In this document: one piece after another, positions 23,421-37,145 of the stretch
Numbering within the stretch: the first letter of the stretch is position 1
Layout of the letters: each line of letters opens with the position of its first letter
From: the human T2T-CHM13v2.0 reference genome, Homo sapiens
DNA: 64,000 nucleotides
Direction: 5' to 3' (one strand)
NCBI RefSeq assembly: GCF_009914755.1
Contig: NC_060941.1
Translations under genes and position numbers: made by a program
The notes under the pieces: model-generated
What the model saw: the letters and a program-made list of their open reading frames with translations, nothing else
What the model was told of the DNA's origin: nothing
Database searches by the model: none

Positions 23421-24547
23421 ACTACCTATCTGACAAGGAATTAATAACCAAAATATATAAGGAGTTCAAACAACTCAATGGAAAAAAATTTAATAATCTG
23501 ATTTCAAAATGGGCATAAGATCTGAATAGATATTTCTTTAAAGAAGACATACCAGTGGCAAATGGCTATATGAGAAGATGTTCAATATCATTGTTCATCA
23601 GAGAAATGCAAATCAAAATTACAATGAGATGTCATCTCATCCCAGTTAAATGGCTTTTATCCAAAAGACAGGCAATAATGAATACTGGTGGGGATATGGA
23701 GAAAAGAGAACTTCATATCCTGTTGTTTGGAATGTAAATTGGTATAATAACTATGGAGAACAGTTTGGAGATTCCTCAAAAAATTACCATATTTTTTTTT
23801 TAGTTATGCAAGTGATTGCCATTGAAAGTAATGGCAAAACTGCAATTACTTTTGCACTGACCTAACTAGAATCCAGCAATCCCACCCTTAAGGTAATACA
23901 CCCAAAAGAAAGAAAATCAGTATATAGAAGAGATATCTGCACTCCCATGTTTATAGCAACACTATTTACCATACTGAAGATTTGGAAGCAACCTAAAGGT
24001 TCATTAACATAAGAATGGATAAAGAAAGTGTGGTACATATATACAGTAAGTACTATTCAACCATAAAACATATGATAGCTTGTCATTTGACATAACATGG
24101 ATAAAATCATAGGGTTTTTTTAAATGAAATAAGCCAGCACAGAAAGACAAATGTTAAATGTTCTCACTAATTTGTGGGAGCTAAAAAAGAAAACAATTGA
24201 ACTTATGAAGATAGAGAGTAGAATGATAGTTGCTAGAGGCTGGGAAGGGCAGTGGGGATGGTTAATGGGCACAAAAATATAATTAGATAGAATAAATAAG
24301 ATCTAATATTTGATAGCATAGCAGAGTGATTACAGTCAATAATAATTTATTGTACATTTAAAAATAACTTAAAAAGTATAATTGGAGTGTTTGTAAATGA
24401 TAAATGCTTGAGGTAATGGGTACCCTATGCCCCATTTACTCTGATGTGAGTTTTACACATTGCATGCCTTTGTCAAAATACCTCATGTACTCTTTAAATA
24501 TATAGACCCATTACATATCCATAAACACTAAAAATAAAAAAATTAAA
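23421..24547 (+). mobile_element. L1MA-type 3' fragment
   Basis: ORF2 C-terminal remnant ([16 protein letters not shown]), L1MA 3' UTR and A-rich end. Confidence 0.88.
23801..23865. mobile_element. MADE1 (Hsmar1-derived MITE), left arm degraded
   Basis: gccattgaaagtaatggcaaaactgcaattacttttgcactgacctaa matches the MADE1 core and one TIR. Confidence 0.8.
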
Positions 24548-24701
24548 AGATATTCAGTGTAGACTAAGGTCAGGTGGAAATAAAAACACTGAAGAAAGTG
24601 TATGACCATTATATTTTTAAAAAAATTAATAGGGAAATAAGAACTTCAAAAGGAGGACTAGTAATCTGCTATCCAGTGTGAAGATTGGGGCTGTCAAGCT
24701 G

Positions 24702-25341
24702 TGTATTAGCTTCTTATATCTGCTGCAATAAATTATTACATACTTAGTAAAATAACAAAAATGCATTTATTTATTTATTATATATTTATTTGTACTTAAA
24801 TTTACTGGTTTATCATAAAACATACCAATGAAGCGGTAGATAGGACAAGGTCCAGAAGGGCCCTGAGCCCAGGAGCTTCTCCCATGGAGTTAGGATGTGC
24901 CACACTCTCAGCACATGGATGCATTCGCCAACCATAAGGCTCTAAAACAAAAAAATGTATCTTTGACTTCTGAAGGTCAGAAATCTGAAACAAATCGGCA
25001 GGGCAGATTCTTTGTGGTGGCTTTCAGGGAGAACATTTTTCCTGCCTTTGCTGTCTTCTAGATACTGTTTATGTTCCTTGGCTCATGGCTGTCTTCCAGA
25101 AATGATTTTACTCTACTTTCTGCTTTCATCCTCACCTCTTCTCCTCTGAGTTTCTCTTTTCCTTATAAGGATTCTTATGACTACATTGAACCCAACTGGA
25201 TATTTCAAAATAGTCTCCATCACAAGAACCTTAATTTAATAACATCTGTCAAATCTTTTTTGCCATGTAAAGTAACACATTCTCATGCTCCAGGGATTAG
25301 GATGTTAACATCTTTAGGAGGTCATTATTCTACCTATCACA
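24702..25341 (-). mobile_element. MLT1 (MaLR) LTR containing a MER21-like insert (~24769-24942)
   Basis: tgtattagcttc...; ccttaatttaataacatctg...gggattaggatg...ctatcaca. Confidence 0.75.
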
Positions 25342-28300
25342 AGCAGATTGATTTGGGTCACATGAAGAGTGCCAAGTGTAGATCAATGGAGCTTCTCATA
25401 AAGTAATTGAAAAAAAAAAGCTACCACTTTTTAATCTATACAGTAATGTACCTTACATTTTTCAATAGTGAGTTCATGTGAGTTATTTGAGGAATTGGTA
25501 TGAGACCTTGTTCTCTATAAATGAGTCTATCAAGAGGAAATGTTAAGGTATTTGAGTGGATACAGTTCATTTCTCTGGACAAAGAATGTGAGGATGCTGA
25601 AATGACACATACCACTAGGAGAATAGATTATTTACCTCTCTTTGATATCGGAATAGATAATAGTTTAATTACCACCAGTGCTCATTATATTTTCAAAATA
25701 GGCTTTCTTCTCACCCATACTATAATTTGTGTCCAACGTCAAAGAATTAAAATGCTATACCTTATTTACTATTTATATTTTGGCAGATGGATAAAGAATT
25801 TGATGAAATAGTTCACATTAAGATTGTGGCACTTGGGCTAAGGCTTTGGGCATCATTTTGAAAGTTAGTGAAACTCATGTTACACTTTTCTCCTTTTTAT
25901 TGAATTTCTCTCATATATCCAGTCTCCTTAACTCAAGATCTTAAAAATGGAAGACTTATTTGCAATGAGTACATAGCAGGCATTCTGTAAAAGATTGCTG
26001 AAAAATTGAATAGGTTTGTTTATTTGTTTATTCAAATAAATCCACTTTTCTTCCATTTTTTGTAATGAATTTGATGATAAATGTTTCCTAATACATTGTA
26101 AGTGCACATTAATATACTTTCAGTCCTAATGTAGTCCAACCCCCTTATTTTTTATGTGGGAAGATGGAGGCTTAAGATTAGGTCAAGTGATGTGTCCGAG
26201 TTCAACAAAGGCAAAAGCAGGGGCAGGGCCAGAATTTCAGCCTTCCTAGTTAATTATTAGTTTTTATAAACCTTCCATTCCCATCATTATTTCTTTTGTG
26301 ACCAAGTAACACAGTGCAACAGCTGAAACATAGATGGCAAATGTATTAGCCAAAACCAGGCATTTTAGTGGGAGACATTTTTCTTAGATTGTCTCTTTCT
26401 GTCCAATGCACTTTCAACTCTACCTGACCATTTGTGTGTGTGTATGTGTGCGGGTGTGATTGGGTGGTGTGTGTTTATTTTACATTAAGCAATTTCCAGT
26501 GAAGTTTTATACCAACAGGAATGCTTCGCTCTTCTCTGTGAGCCAACTGCCCTATCGGGTAGCAGTTATAGATCAGTATAGAATATTTTAGTTTCATAAT
26601 GGTTCTTAGGTATAAAGAAAGGCTTAAATTAGCACAACAGTCTGCTTTCACTACAGCTTGCATAATTTTGGAGTTAGCAACTGACACATTAGGTTTTAAA
26701 ACTATTTGCTGAGATTATTTTTTTACATTGTCTTCCCAATGATTAGCATTAAAATTACAAGTTTTAAGCTTCATTTTGCACTTGAAAGACTCTTTGTAGT
26801 TCTCTACTCAGCAATGTCTACATGCTAGATTATAGAGTTATATGTCTCATTTATTTATTAGGAAAATTAACAAATAATGGGTGTGGCAGACATATCCACT
26901 ATGAAAAGTCAGAGGTATGGGACAAGAGTCTTCCCTCCCCCAAGCCCATGGCCCCTTCCCCTTCTCTTTCTGCTCCTGGCCACTGCTTCCATGGTCAAGT
27001 GATTCATGTAGGGTCTTTCATGTTTGTATGAGATATCTCAGGATCAAGTGCCTTAAGACCATGCTTTTACACACATCTCCTTAAAGGGCCATTCTTTGAC
27101 CACAGGTTCAGTCCTGGGTATGCACTCACCAGCATTGCAGCCTACTTTTGGGGAAAGAGATCCTCCCAGCCCCACCCAACCACCACAAACACACACCTTA
27201 ACAGTATTAAACATCAAATCCTTGGTGAAATAACATGCCACTTATTCAGAGCATTGAGGAAGTTCAGCAAGGGAGGAATACTGCAACTGGAGGGCTCTGA
27301 AAGGAATTCCATTTCCAAATCAACACAGAAGATAAGACCCTGCTACAGAGATCTAGTTAATTTTCTTCTCCTGCAAATGAGATTTCCTGAATTGTATCCA
27401 GCTTCAACAACAGATTTTTTTTTCTCATTGGTTCTATTGTGTGGATGTAATAAAGTAAGAGTTGAGTTACCATAGCAGAAAACCCTCAAATTTCTGAATC
27501 CGTTCTCTGATTGCTACTAGATAGAGAAGAAAACTAACGAAAACAAAAAGAGCCTCCTGCCCAGCAGGACAGGAGATATTGTGAGTAGCCATAATTTTAT
27601 GATGGAGTTAACAACAATTGAGATCAAAGGTTGAAAGAGTAGAGTTTTTCCTACAAAAATATAAACATGCCATTGTCAGGTATTGAAAAATATCAAGGTT
27701 GTTGTAAATGTCACATAAACATATGACTAAGTAATGGTTCTTATCTCATTAGTTCAAATGCTTTCCTTAATGAATCTTTTGAGACTTGTATGAGTTAATA
27801 TTACATATAAGATGATATTCCATTTTCATGTTCCACAAATTATTATTTCTTTAGGAAAATAGATTTTTAAATGAATGTGAATGAAATCTTAAATATATTT
27901 TAAATGATCAACTATTAAAGTAAAAACTTATATTGTTTTCATCTGTGTTCGCCCAACTTTTCTTATGATAAAATAGCAATTTCTGGTGGCTGTTTCTCAT
28001 TTTCCTTCCCATGAAATGGGAAACAGACTGGCAACCTGCCCTTTATACTTCAGTCAATTTTTGCTGGAAATAAAATGAGCAGAATAAGCTCTATTTTCTC
28101 CTCTTGCATAAGTACATTTCAGATGAAGATGGTAGTAATTTTGGAGATGTTGCCATAATAATGTTTGAGTTATTGGATTCAGCTCAACCAATAATCACTT
28201 GAGTTAGCTTGTTGGAAAGTTCTCAATAAACAAAGATAAATAATAGGGCTTTCTATCAAGTAGAAAGTGGGCGCTACTCTAAAATTCTTCTCATTTACCA

Positions 28301-28379
28301 TTAGACGTTTTATAAGATTTTCAAAGAAAAATTGATTTTAATATACTCTAATTACAACGGCTCTTAAGGAGGTGTAGGG

Positions 28380-28703
28380 GGCCTGGGCATAGTGGCTGAT
28401 GCCTGCAATCCCAGAGTTTCAAGAGGCTGATGGGGGAGGATCACTTGAGACCAGGAGTTCAAGACCAGCCTGGGCAACATAGTGAGACCTCATTTCTACA
28501 AAAATGAAAATAAAAAAATTAGCCAGGTACCATGGTATGTAACTGTGTTCCAGCTACTCAAGAGGCTGAGGTGGGGGGGTTGCTTGAGCCCAGGAGTTTG
28601 AGATCACAGCGAGCTGATTGTATCACTACACTCCAGCCTGGGTGACACAGCAAGACCCTGTCTCTAAAATAAAATAAAATAAAAATAAAAAATAAATTTA
28701 CAA
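28380..28703 (+). mobile_element. AluJ
   Basis: Dimeric with J-type features (ggaggatcacttgag, gggcaacatagtgagacc, gcttgagcccaggagtt). Imperfect TSD gaggt(g/a)tagggg. Confidence 0.88.
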
Positions 28704-29079
28704 ATGAGGTATAGGGGATGAAAGTGTCACAAAATCAAATGGTAAAAAGTTTGAATAAGGGTCATTGGTATAAGGAATAGAGTCTCTATTGGTTCAGGGA
28801 CTGATTTTATCCAAACAGTTTGGCAGCTGAGCTCTATCAGGATAGCCTCTTTTCACCTCCTGTCTACCAGCTGTCTATTTGCAACCAGCAGGGTGCAACC
28901 TTGAGTCAGGCTGGAGATGCTTTGTCCATATGGAAAAGCAATGGCCAAATTTAAAATAAAGGTACCTAGGGGTAAGGGAACTTAAGAATCTCAATCTAAC
29001 CATTCACACTGAGGGGAAGACATTTCGGGCTACTCTGGTGGAAACCCAAACTAGATAATGCAGATCCAAAAAACCAAGC

Positions 29080-30055
<976 letters not shown>

Positions 30056-30719
30056 GATTATAGGTTAATAACTGTCACACCCATTAATTCCGACCAAGAC
30101 AAGACTTGAGTGACAGAAAAATTAGCCTCTAATGTTGTAGAGCTACATCGGCTGTTATAGTGCAGGGTTTTCAGGATGAAGTTTTGCTCCTCAGAAGCTT
30201 TTCACTGTGCTTGATATTGAACCAGTGCACTTCTCTCTCATTCAATAGCAGTTCTGATATCTAACCCACAATTTCATATGTATTTGGCTTTCCAAAAATC
30301 TGCTTTTGAGCTAAGCTCTTGCTACCTTATGAAACTAAGCAGCCTACCCCACAGCCTCTTTTCTACCTTCAAATTTGTCATTCCACAGCTTTGGCTTGCT
30401 GTCATCACAGTAAATGGCTGAGCCTTCCTTACAATCACAGTGGGGACTAGCCCCCAAATAGCTGATCACACCAAGGATGTTGCCTCACTTCCATGTCCCT
30501 AGAACCTACCAGAAGACAATGTTAATGATAAAATTTAAAAAAATATGTTTTCTGATTCAGAAACTTGACCCTGAGGTCATCTGAGTTACAGAAGCATTGC
30601 TGCCGATCTGCAGTTTCAGAAACCATTATAGGAACCCAGAAGAGGAATGCCCAATATCAACCATGTATTTGGGCAAATTTTGTTGAAAGAAATGAGTTGC
30701 CTTGAACTTAAAGATGTGC

Positions 30720-31775
30720 CAGCCTCAGGCACTGTGGAGAATACAGTGGATAAAGAGGCACTGCACCCTGAATCAGAAGGCTGATGTTTGAATCTGAAGT
30801 CTGCCATTCTCTACCTATGGGATTTTAAAAGACACTTAAGTGCTTGAGCCACAATTTCTTTTGCAAAAACAGAATAAAAACATATTTTATATAGATTGAG
30901 ACAATGAAATGGAACAGTATAAATAAGAAACATTTAACACATCATAGATAATAATTATTAATTCATCTAATTCTATATGGAATAGTAATTGGAAAATGTA
31001 ATGTGTGGTTTATGAAACATACCAATCAGGAATTTAAAAAGACATTATTTACCAGATGTTTAATGTATACCAAGTCATGGTTCTCATGCATCTTATTCTA
31101 TATCCCTTCCCCACTCACCAATATGGCACCATGATCTTTGATTATCTGGATGGGAATGGGGTTTAGGGAAGGTAAAGTAAAATGGAATAGATTATTATTC
31201 AAGCAGACATTTCTGTGTAAAGCAAATATTTATTTGGCATTCACTTAACAAGTCTTTCTTCTTGTTCTTATCAGAGAGGAGAAACACCAGAGAGATGAGT
31301 TTCCAAGAACTGTAATAGGAATCAAAAGACATGGGTTGATGTCACTGCTCTGCAATTTAGAAGTTATCTGGGAAAGTTACTTAACCTTTTCCAGCCTCCG
31401 TCTTCGTTGTTGTTGCTTTGTTTTTTGACTTTGTAATAGGTGAATTACTATCTAACCCATGGCTGTTTAGCAGAATGAATGAGATATTACATGCAAAGTA
31501 CCTAGTACAGAATAAACCTTAAAAACCCTAGTGGGAGTCATTATTGTCAGCCCCTGAGCATCTAGTGTTTGTGGACTTTGGAATCAGTGAGATAAGGACT
31601 TGGGTCTTGGCCTTGCCACTTATTGGCTGTGTGTTACTGGGTAAGTCACTTAAAATCTCCAGGTTTATTTTCCTCATCTTTGGAACAAAGAGAGTAATAC
31701 TGAGTCTCCTTACCTTACAGAGTTACTCAGTGGTGGATCTGATGAAAAAAATCAGTGCGAAACACTTTATACATG
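30720..31775 (+). mobile_element. Three MIR fragments (~30720-30960, 31310-31520, 31570-31775)
   Basis: MIR head and core motifs (tctgccattc, aagttacttaacct, gggtaagtcacttaa). Confidence 0.6.
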
Positions 31776-31897
31776 TGTGCTTATGTGTATATGAGTGTAC
31801 ATGTGTATGCTTGTACATATATGTGTGAATTCGTATTTATATGTATATATATTCATATGCATATCTATCTATATACATACATACATATACATATACA
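31770..31897. repeat. Degenerate (TG/TA/CA)n simple repeat
   Basis: Read directly. Confidence 0.85.
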
Positions 31898-33334
31898 AAG
31901 GCCTATTTCAGATAGTATCTTAGTATTAGATAATGTAGCTATTATAATCCTGGGACTGGAATTTACTGATTAAGGCAAGGAAAGGGCATCGAAATCCAGG
32001 GTCTGCTGTGACAATTGAGGGATGCAAATGTAGCCTCTCATTTGTTTCAAATAAACATTAATGTCTTTATTCCATTCATTAATAATTAATTGCTCCAGGC
32101 TCTGATTCTTGTATAATTGTACCTTATGAAAGTCCACAGCAGAGAAATATTGTGCAAAATGCAAAACACCAATTTCATCATGAGTAATAAAAATTCAATT
32201 AAGTTCAGAATAAATGTGTGAGTTAGTAACCCCAGCTTAACATAAAGCCATGGAATGTAAATAGATTTTGGAAAACAAAATAACTAGGGTGTGACAATTT
32301 ATCAAGTGTACTGAAAACCCATCATTGCTTTCTACACGCTGGCAAGAAAAGGCCCACATTACAAGAGAGAATAATTTTTGACATTTTTATTGTGCTTTAT
32401 AGCTGGAACATTCCAACAAGGAGGTTGAATAGAAAACTTCCTATACAGCATAGCCTAAGAAAAAATAAAAAGTAGACTTCCCAGAGTTATTTTTTCCATG
32501 TACCTTTGGTGGGGCCTGGAATTTTGCAGCATTGATTAAGGTCTTCATTCTAGAACAAAGTGATCAGGGTGAGGTGAATAATATGACCACTAACTAGAAT
32601 CAAGGTTTGAGACCTGGTCTGCACTCAATTAACTATGAACTAAGTAATTCAATATGTCTTATCTTCAATTACCTATCAGCAAAATAGAGACACTAATGAT
32701 GTTTATTGTTATGAAAGCGTTAAAATGAGATATTTAGTTTAATCACTTTGCATATGTTAGGGAACTTATCAATGTTATGCAAGAGATGAAATTGTAATTT
32801 AATTTGATGATTTCAGCATGTTTCTTTTTTATTCATGCAAATCAAAATTTGCAAGTTGAAATAATTTCGCTCTTCAAAGGAGGAACTTCAGAAAAGGATT
32901 TTTCCAATTTTATCATTTCTCAAAATAATATGGGAATTCCTATTTGAAAAATGAATTTTAAAAGTCATGTTAAAATGAAGTAGCCATATAACAGTCACAG
33001 TGATTTTTTTAAGTATAAAAAAGTATTATCAACAAGCCTTATCACTCACTTTCTTCAGCAATCTTGAATTTGTCAGTAATAAGTATATTCTAAAGAATGA
33101 GCCACAGACTTTGAAAGCAGCTTCTAAGAAAGTATTTCATAAATGCTCTGAATAATGATAATGTGAGTAAAATCTTTGTATCAGAGCACCTTGGGACTGG
33201 AACAGACAAATCAGACCACTTCCTGCAGCTGTCTATTTTTGTGTTAAACTACTTTCTACAGCCGTGCTTATCAACGGTTGTCCAGGTTATACTTGGACAT
33301 CTTCAATAATTGTAGACCCTTGATTTCACATTGA

Positions 33335-33724
<390 letters not shown>

Positions 33725-33768
33725 TAAAGACCTTTCTTAAAATGAACTTAGAATCTATTTTTCTGTAA

Positions 33769-34060
<292 letters not shown>

Positions 34061-34334
34061 TATAACTTTTATTCCAAAATGTTCATATATTCAGGCTCTA
34101 CCCATGCTCTATTTACTCCTTTTTCAGGTGGTGATATTTTGGTTTTCAAATAATTTTATACTCATTTTTTAAAAGATAAAGAGCCCCGTTAATTCAACCT
34201 ATTAAAGAGGATGTAGAATTAAATGCAATATTTCTAGTGTGGTCTAACCAAAACAGATTGGATGTGTGTGTGTATGGATGTATGAGTGAGTGCGTGTATA
34301 TATGCTTTTGCTTTTTCTAGAAAGTGATGTTTAT

Positions 34335-35230
34335 TTATTTATTCAATAAATATTAATTAAGGTCTTTACTATGTGACAGACACTGCTACAGATAGTAAAA
34401 CATTGGAGATGAACATAATAGACAGTTTTTTTAATTCTCATAAAACTTATATTGTAGTTGGGGAATAGTAAATGTATCATTATATGATTATATATCAGAT
34501 AGCTAAATGAGAAGATTAAAGTAGAATAAGGTAACAGAGAGTGGTGGGGTGGTGGAGAGCAGGTAGCTCTTTGAGATCAAGTGATAAGAATAGATTTTGC
34601 TAAGGAGGTAACATTCAAATTGGGACCTGATCAAAGCAAGGGATGAAGTAGCAGAGTCCAAAGAGCATTTCTGGCAGAGTTAATAGCAAGTACAGAGACC
34701 CAGAAGATAGTGAACTTGGTATGAAAAACCACAAGACATTTGTGTAGCTCTCCTAGAATGAACAAGAGGAAGGGTAGTTGGAGGTGAGGTCAGAGAGGTA
34801 GACTGGAATCAGATGCTGTCAAACCTTGTAGGCTATGGTAACGTGTTGGATTCTATTCCTACAGGGCTGTAGAAGTCATTTGAGTGTTTGGCTCAAAGGA
34901 TTTATTGTTTTGAGAAGATTGCTGGCTTTATCTCCAGTGTAGAGAACTGACACAGGTCACAACAAAGAGGAGGACATGGCCTGTGGAAGCAGAGAGATCA
35001 TCTGAGAGAAGCTACAATTGCAGACTAGGGAAGAGATGTTGGGGTCATAGACTAGAGAAAGCGGTTGGATTTGGAATTTATTTCCAGGGTAGTGTCTACA
35101 GGATTTGTTGATGGCTATAGGGGATGGAGGAAAAAGAGGAACTAAAGATTTTATTGTGGAACAAAGACATAATGGTTTTGCAAACAGGCAGAGAATCGGC
35201 AGTTTCAAGGAAAAGTTTTATTGTAATGTG
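34335..35230 (-). mobile_element. L2 fragment
   Basis: attcaataaatatt...tactatgtgacagacactg followed by purine-rich antisense L2 body. Confidence 0.75.
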
Positions 35231-36392
35231 AAAAATAATATCCTGACATATCCCACTGATAGCCCAGCATAGCCACCGTGGCACTGGACTAGAACTCAGA
35301 TACTTTTCTGAGCTTTGCCACTTATAATTTTGCCTTGAGTAGGAAATTTTCCATCTCTAGGTACTCCAGTTTCCTTATATGTAAAAATGAAAGAGTTAAA
35401 TTAGATTCTCTCTAAAGGTCCATTTATTTCATTTGTACTATGTCTCTAAGGATCAAACAAAATCTTTGTTTGCTAATAGATATTTTGAACTCATTAGTGA
35501 CATTGCAGCAAACTTTGCTTCATAGGGGCCTGTAAGGCAAATATTTCCCAAGGGGAAAGTGTATAGAATTCCATTAGGAATGTACTCAACAAATTGAAAT
35601 GTCATTTAAAGCTTACAAAGAGTCCCATTTTGATGACCTGACCTAATAAAACAAAGTGAATAAACAAAAATTTGCCTCACTAATGCCTGGGCAAAGGGAA
35701 GGGACTCAATCTAGTTATTATACACTGCTATGTGTTTGACAATGTTTCGAGTTACTTCAGCCAAAAGATTAATCTAAAAAGTCAGTAAATGTTTGTTCAG
35801 TGGGGAAAGAAACGCATGATGATTGAATTACATATTACAGCTTCATTGATTGACAGCAAAAGTACTGAGCTATTTGGTCTGGTAAATTGAAACTCTGTTG
35901 CATAGGAATAAAACGAAAAGAGGAAACCTTGATTACGTAATCAGAGCATGTTAACACATTGTTATCATTTCAAATGTGTGGCGTTATTTTGTTTCCTTTT
36001 GCAAAAAATCAAAAATCAAAAAAAAGCCTTGGTTTGTTTATACAAAAGATCCTATAGGTGAGGATCATGAAGTATAAATAGGAAGGCAGTAATAGCTAAA
36101 GATGGGGTAAAGGTAGAAAATGGGAAACATTTGGGCAAAATGAGAGAAAAATCCAGGGCAGGAAAGTGGGCAAATTGAATACTATGCTACCTCTTTTTCT
36201 TCAGCTATTATGAGTTAGTAAGAGAGAGGAAATAGGAAATAATCTTTCCATAAATATTGTAAATTTCTCTTAATAACTGCTTAACTCTTCTTGCACAGAG
36301 AAAAAGTTAATTTGGAAGCTTTCTATGTAAATCATCCAAATACATAAAAAGTGAATTTATTTTAGTGATGCTTTGTCATTATTTTTTTCAGT

Positions 36393-36568
36393 CAGTTGTT
36401 CTCAAGCTGTAATGACTATGGGAACCACCTGTGGAGCTTGCTAAACATTCAGACGCCAGGACTTTATCCCCCAAAGACGGACTCCATGTGTCTTAGGTGG
36501 GGTCTTGCAGCTTACCTTTTAACAAACATCCCAGGTGATTCTGAAGCAGGTGGTCTACAGACTACACT
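36393..36568. mobile_element. MER5A (hAT-Charlie) DNA transposon
   Basis: cagttgttctcaa...acctgtggagcttg...ttttaacaaacatcccaggtgattctga...cactt. Confidence 0.75.
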
Positions 36569-36802
36569 TAATTATCTGTTTTTTTTAGGAGGCAACAGAG
36601 TATATAGTCTGGGTCTTCCCTTTTATTGTACCTAAGCTGAAAAGGATACTTTTTATAGTTTAGGGACATTTATCCCCCAGAGATTCTGTAGACAGAGGAA
36701 AACTGTCTCTGAAATTACATCCTCAAATTTGCTGACTGGACAGAACGCAATGTGCAATCTGAGAAATGTACCAGGACAATGAAGGCATACGTGAAATTAT
36801 AA

Positions 36803-37145
<343 letters not shown>

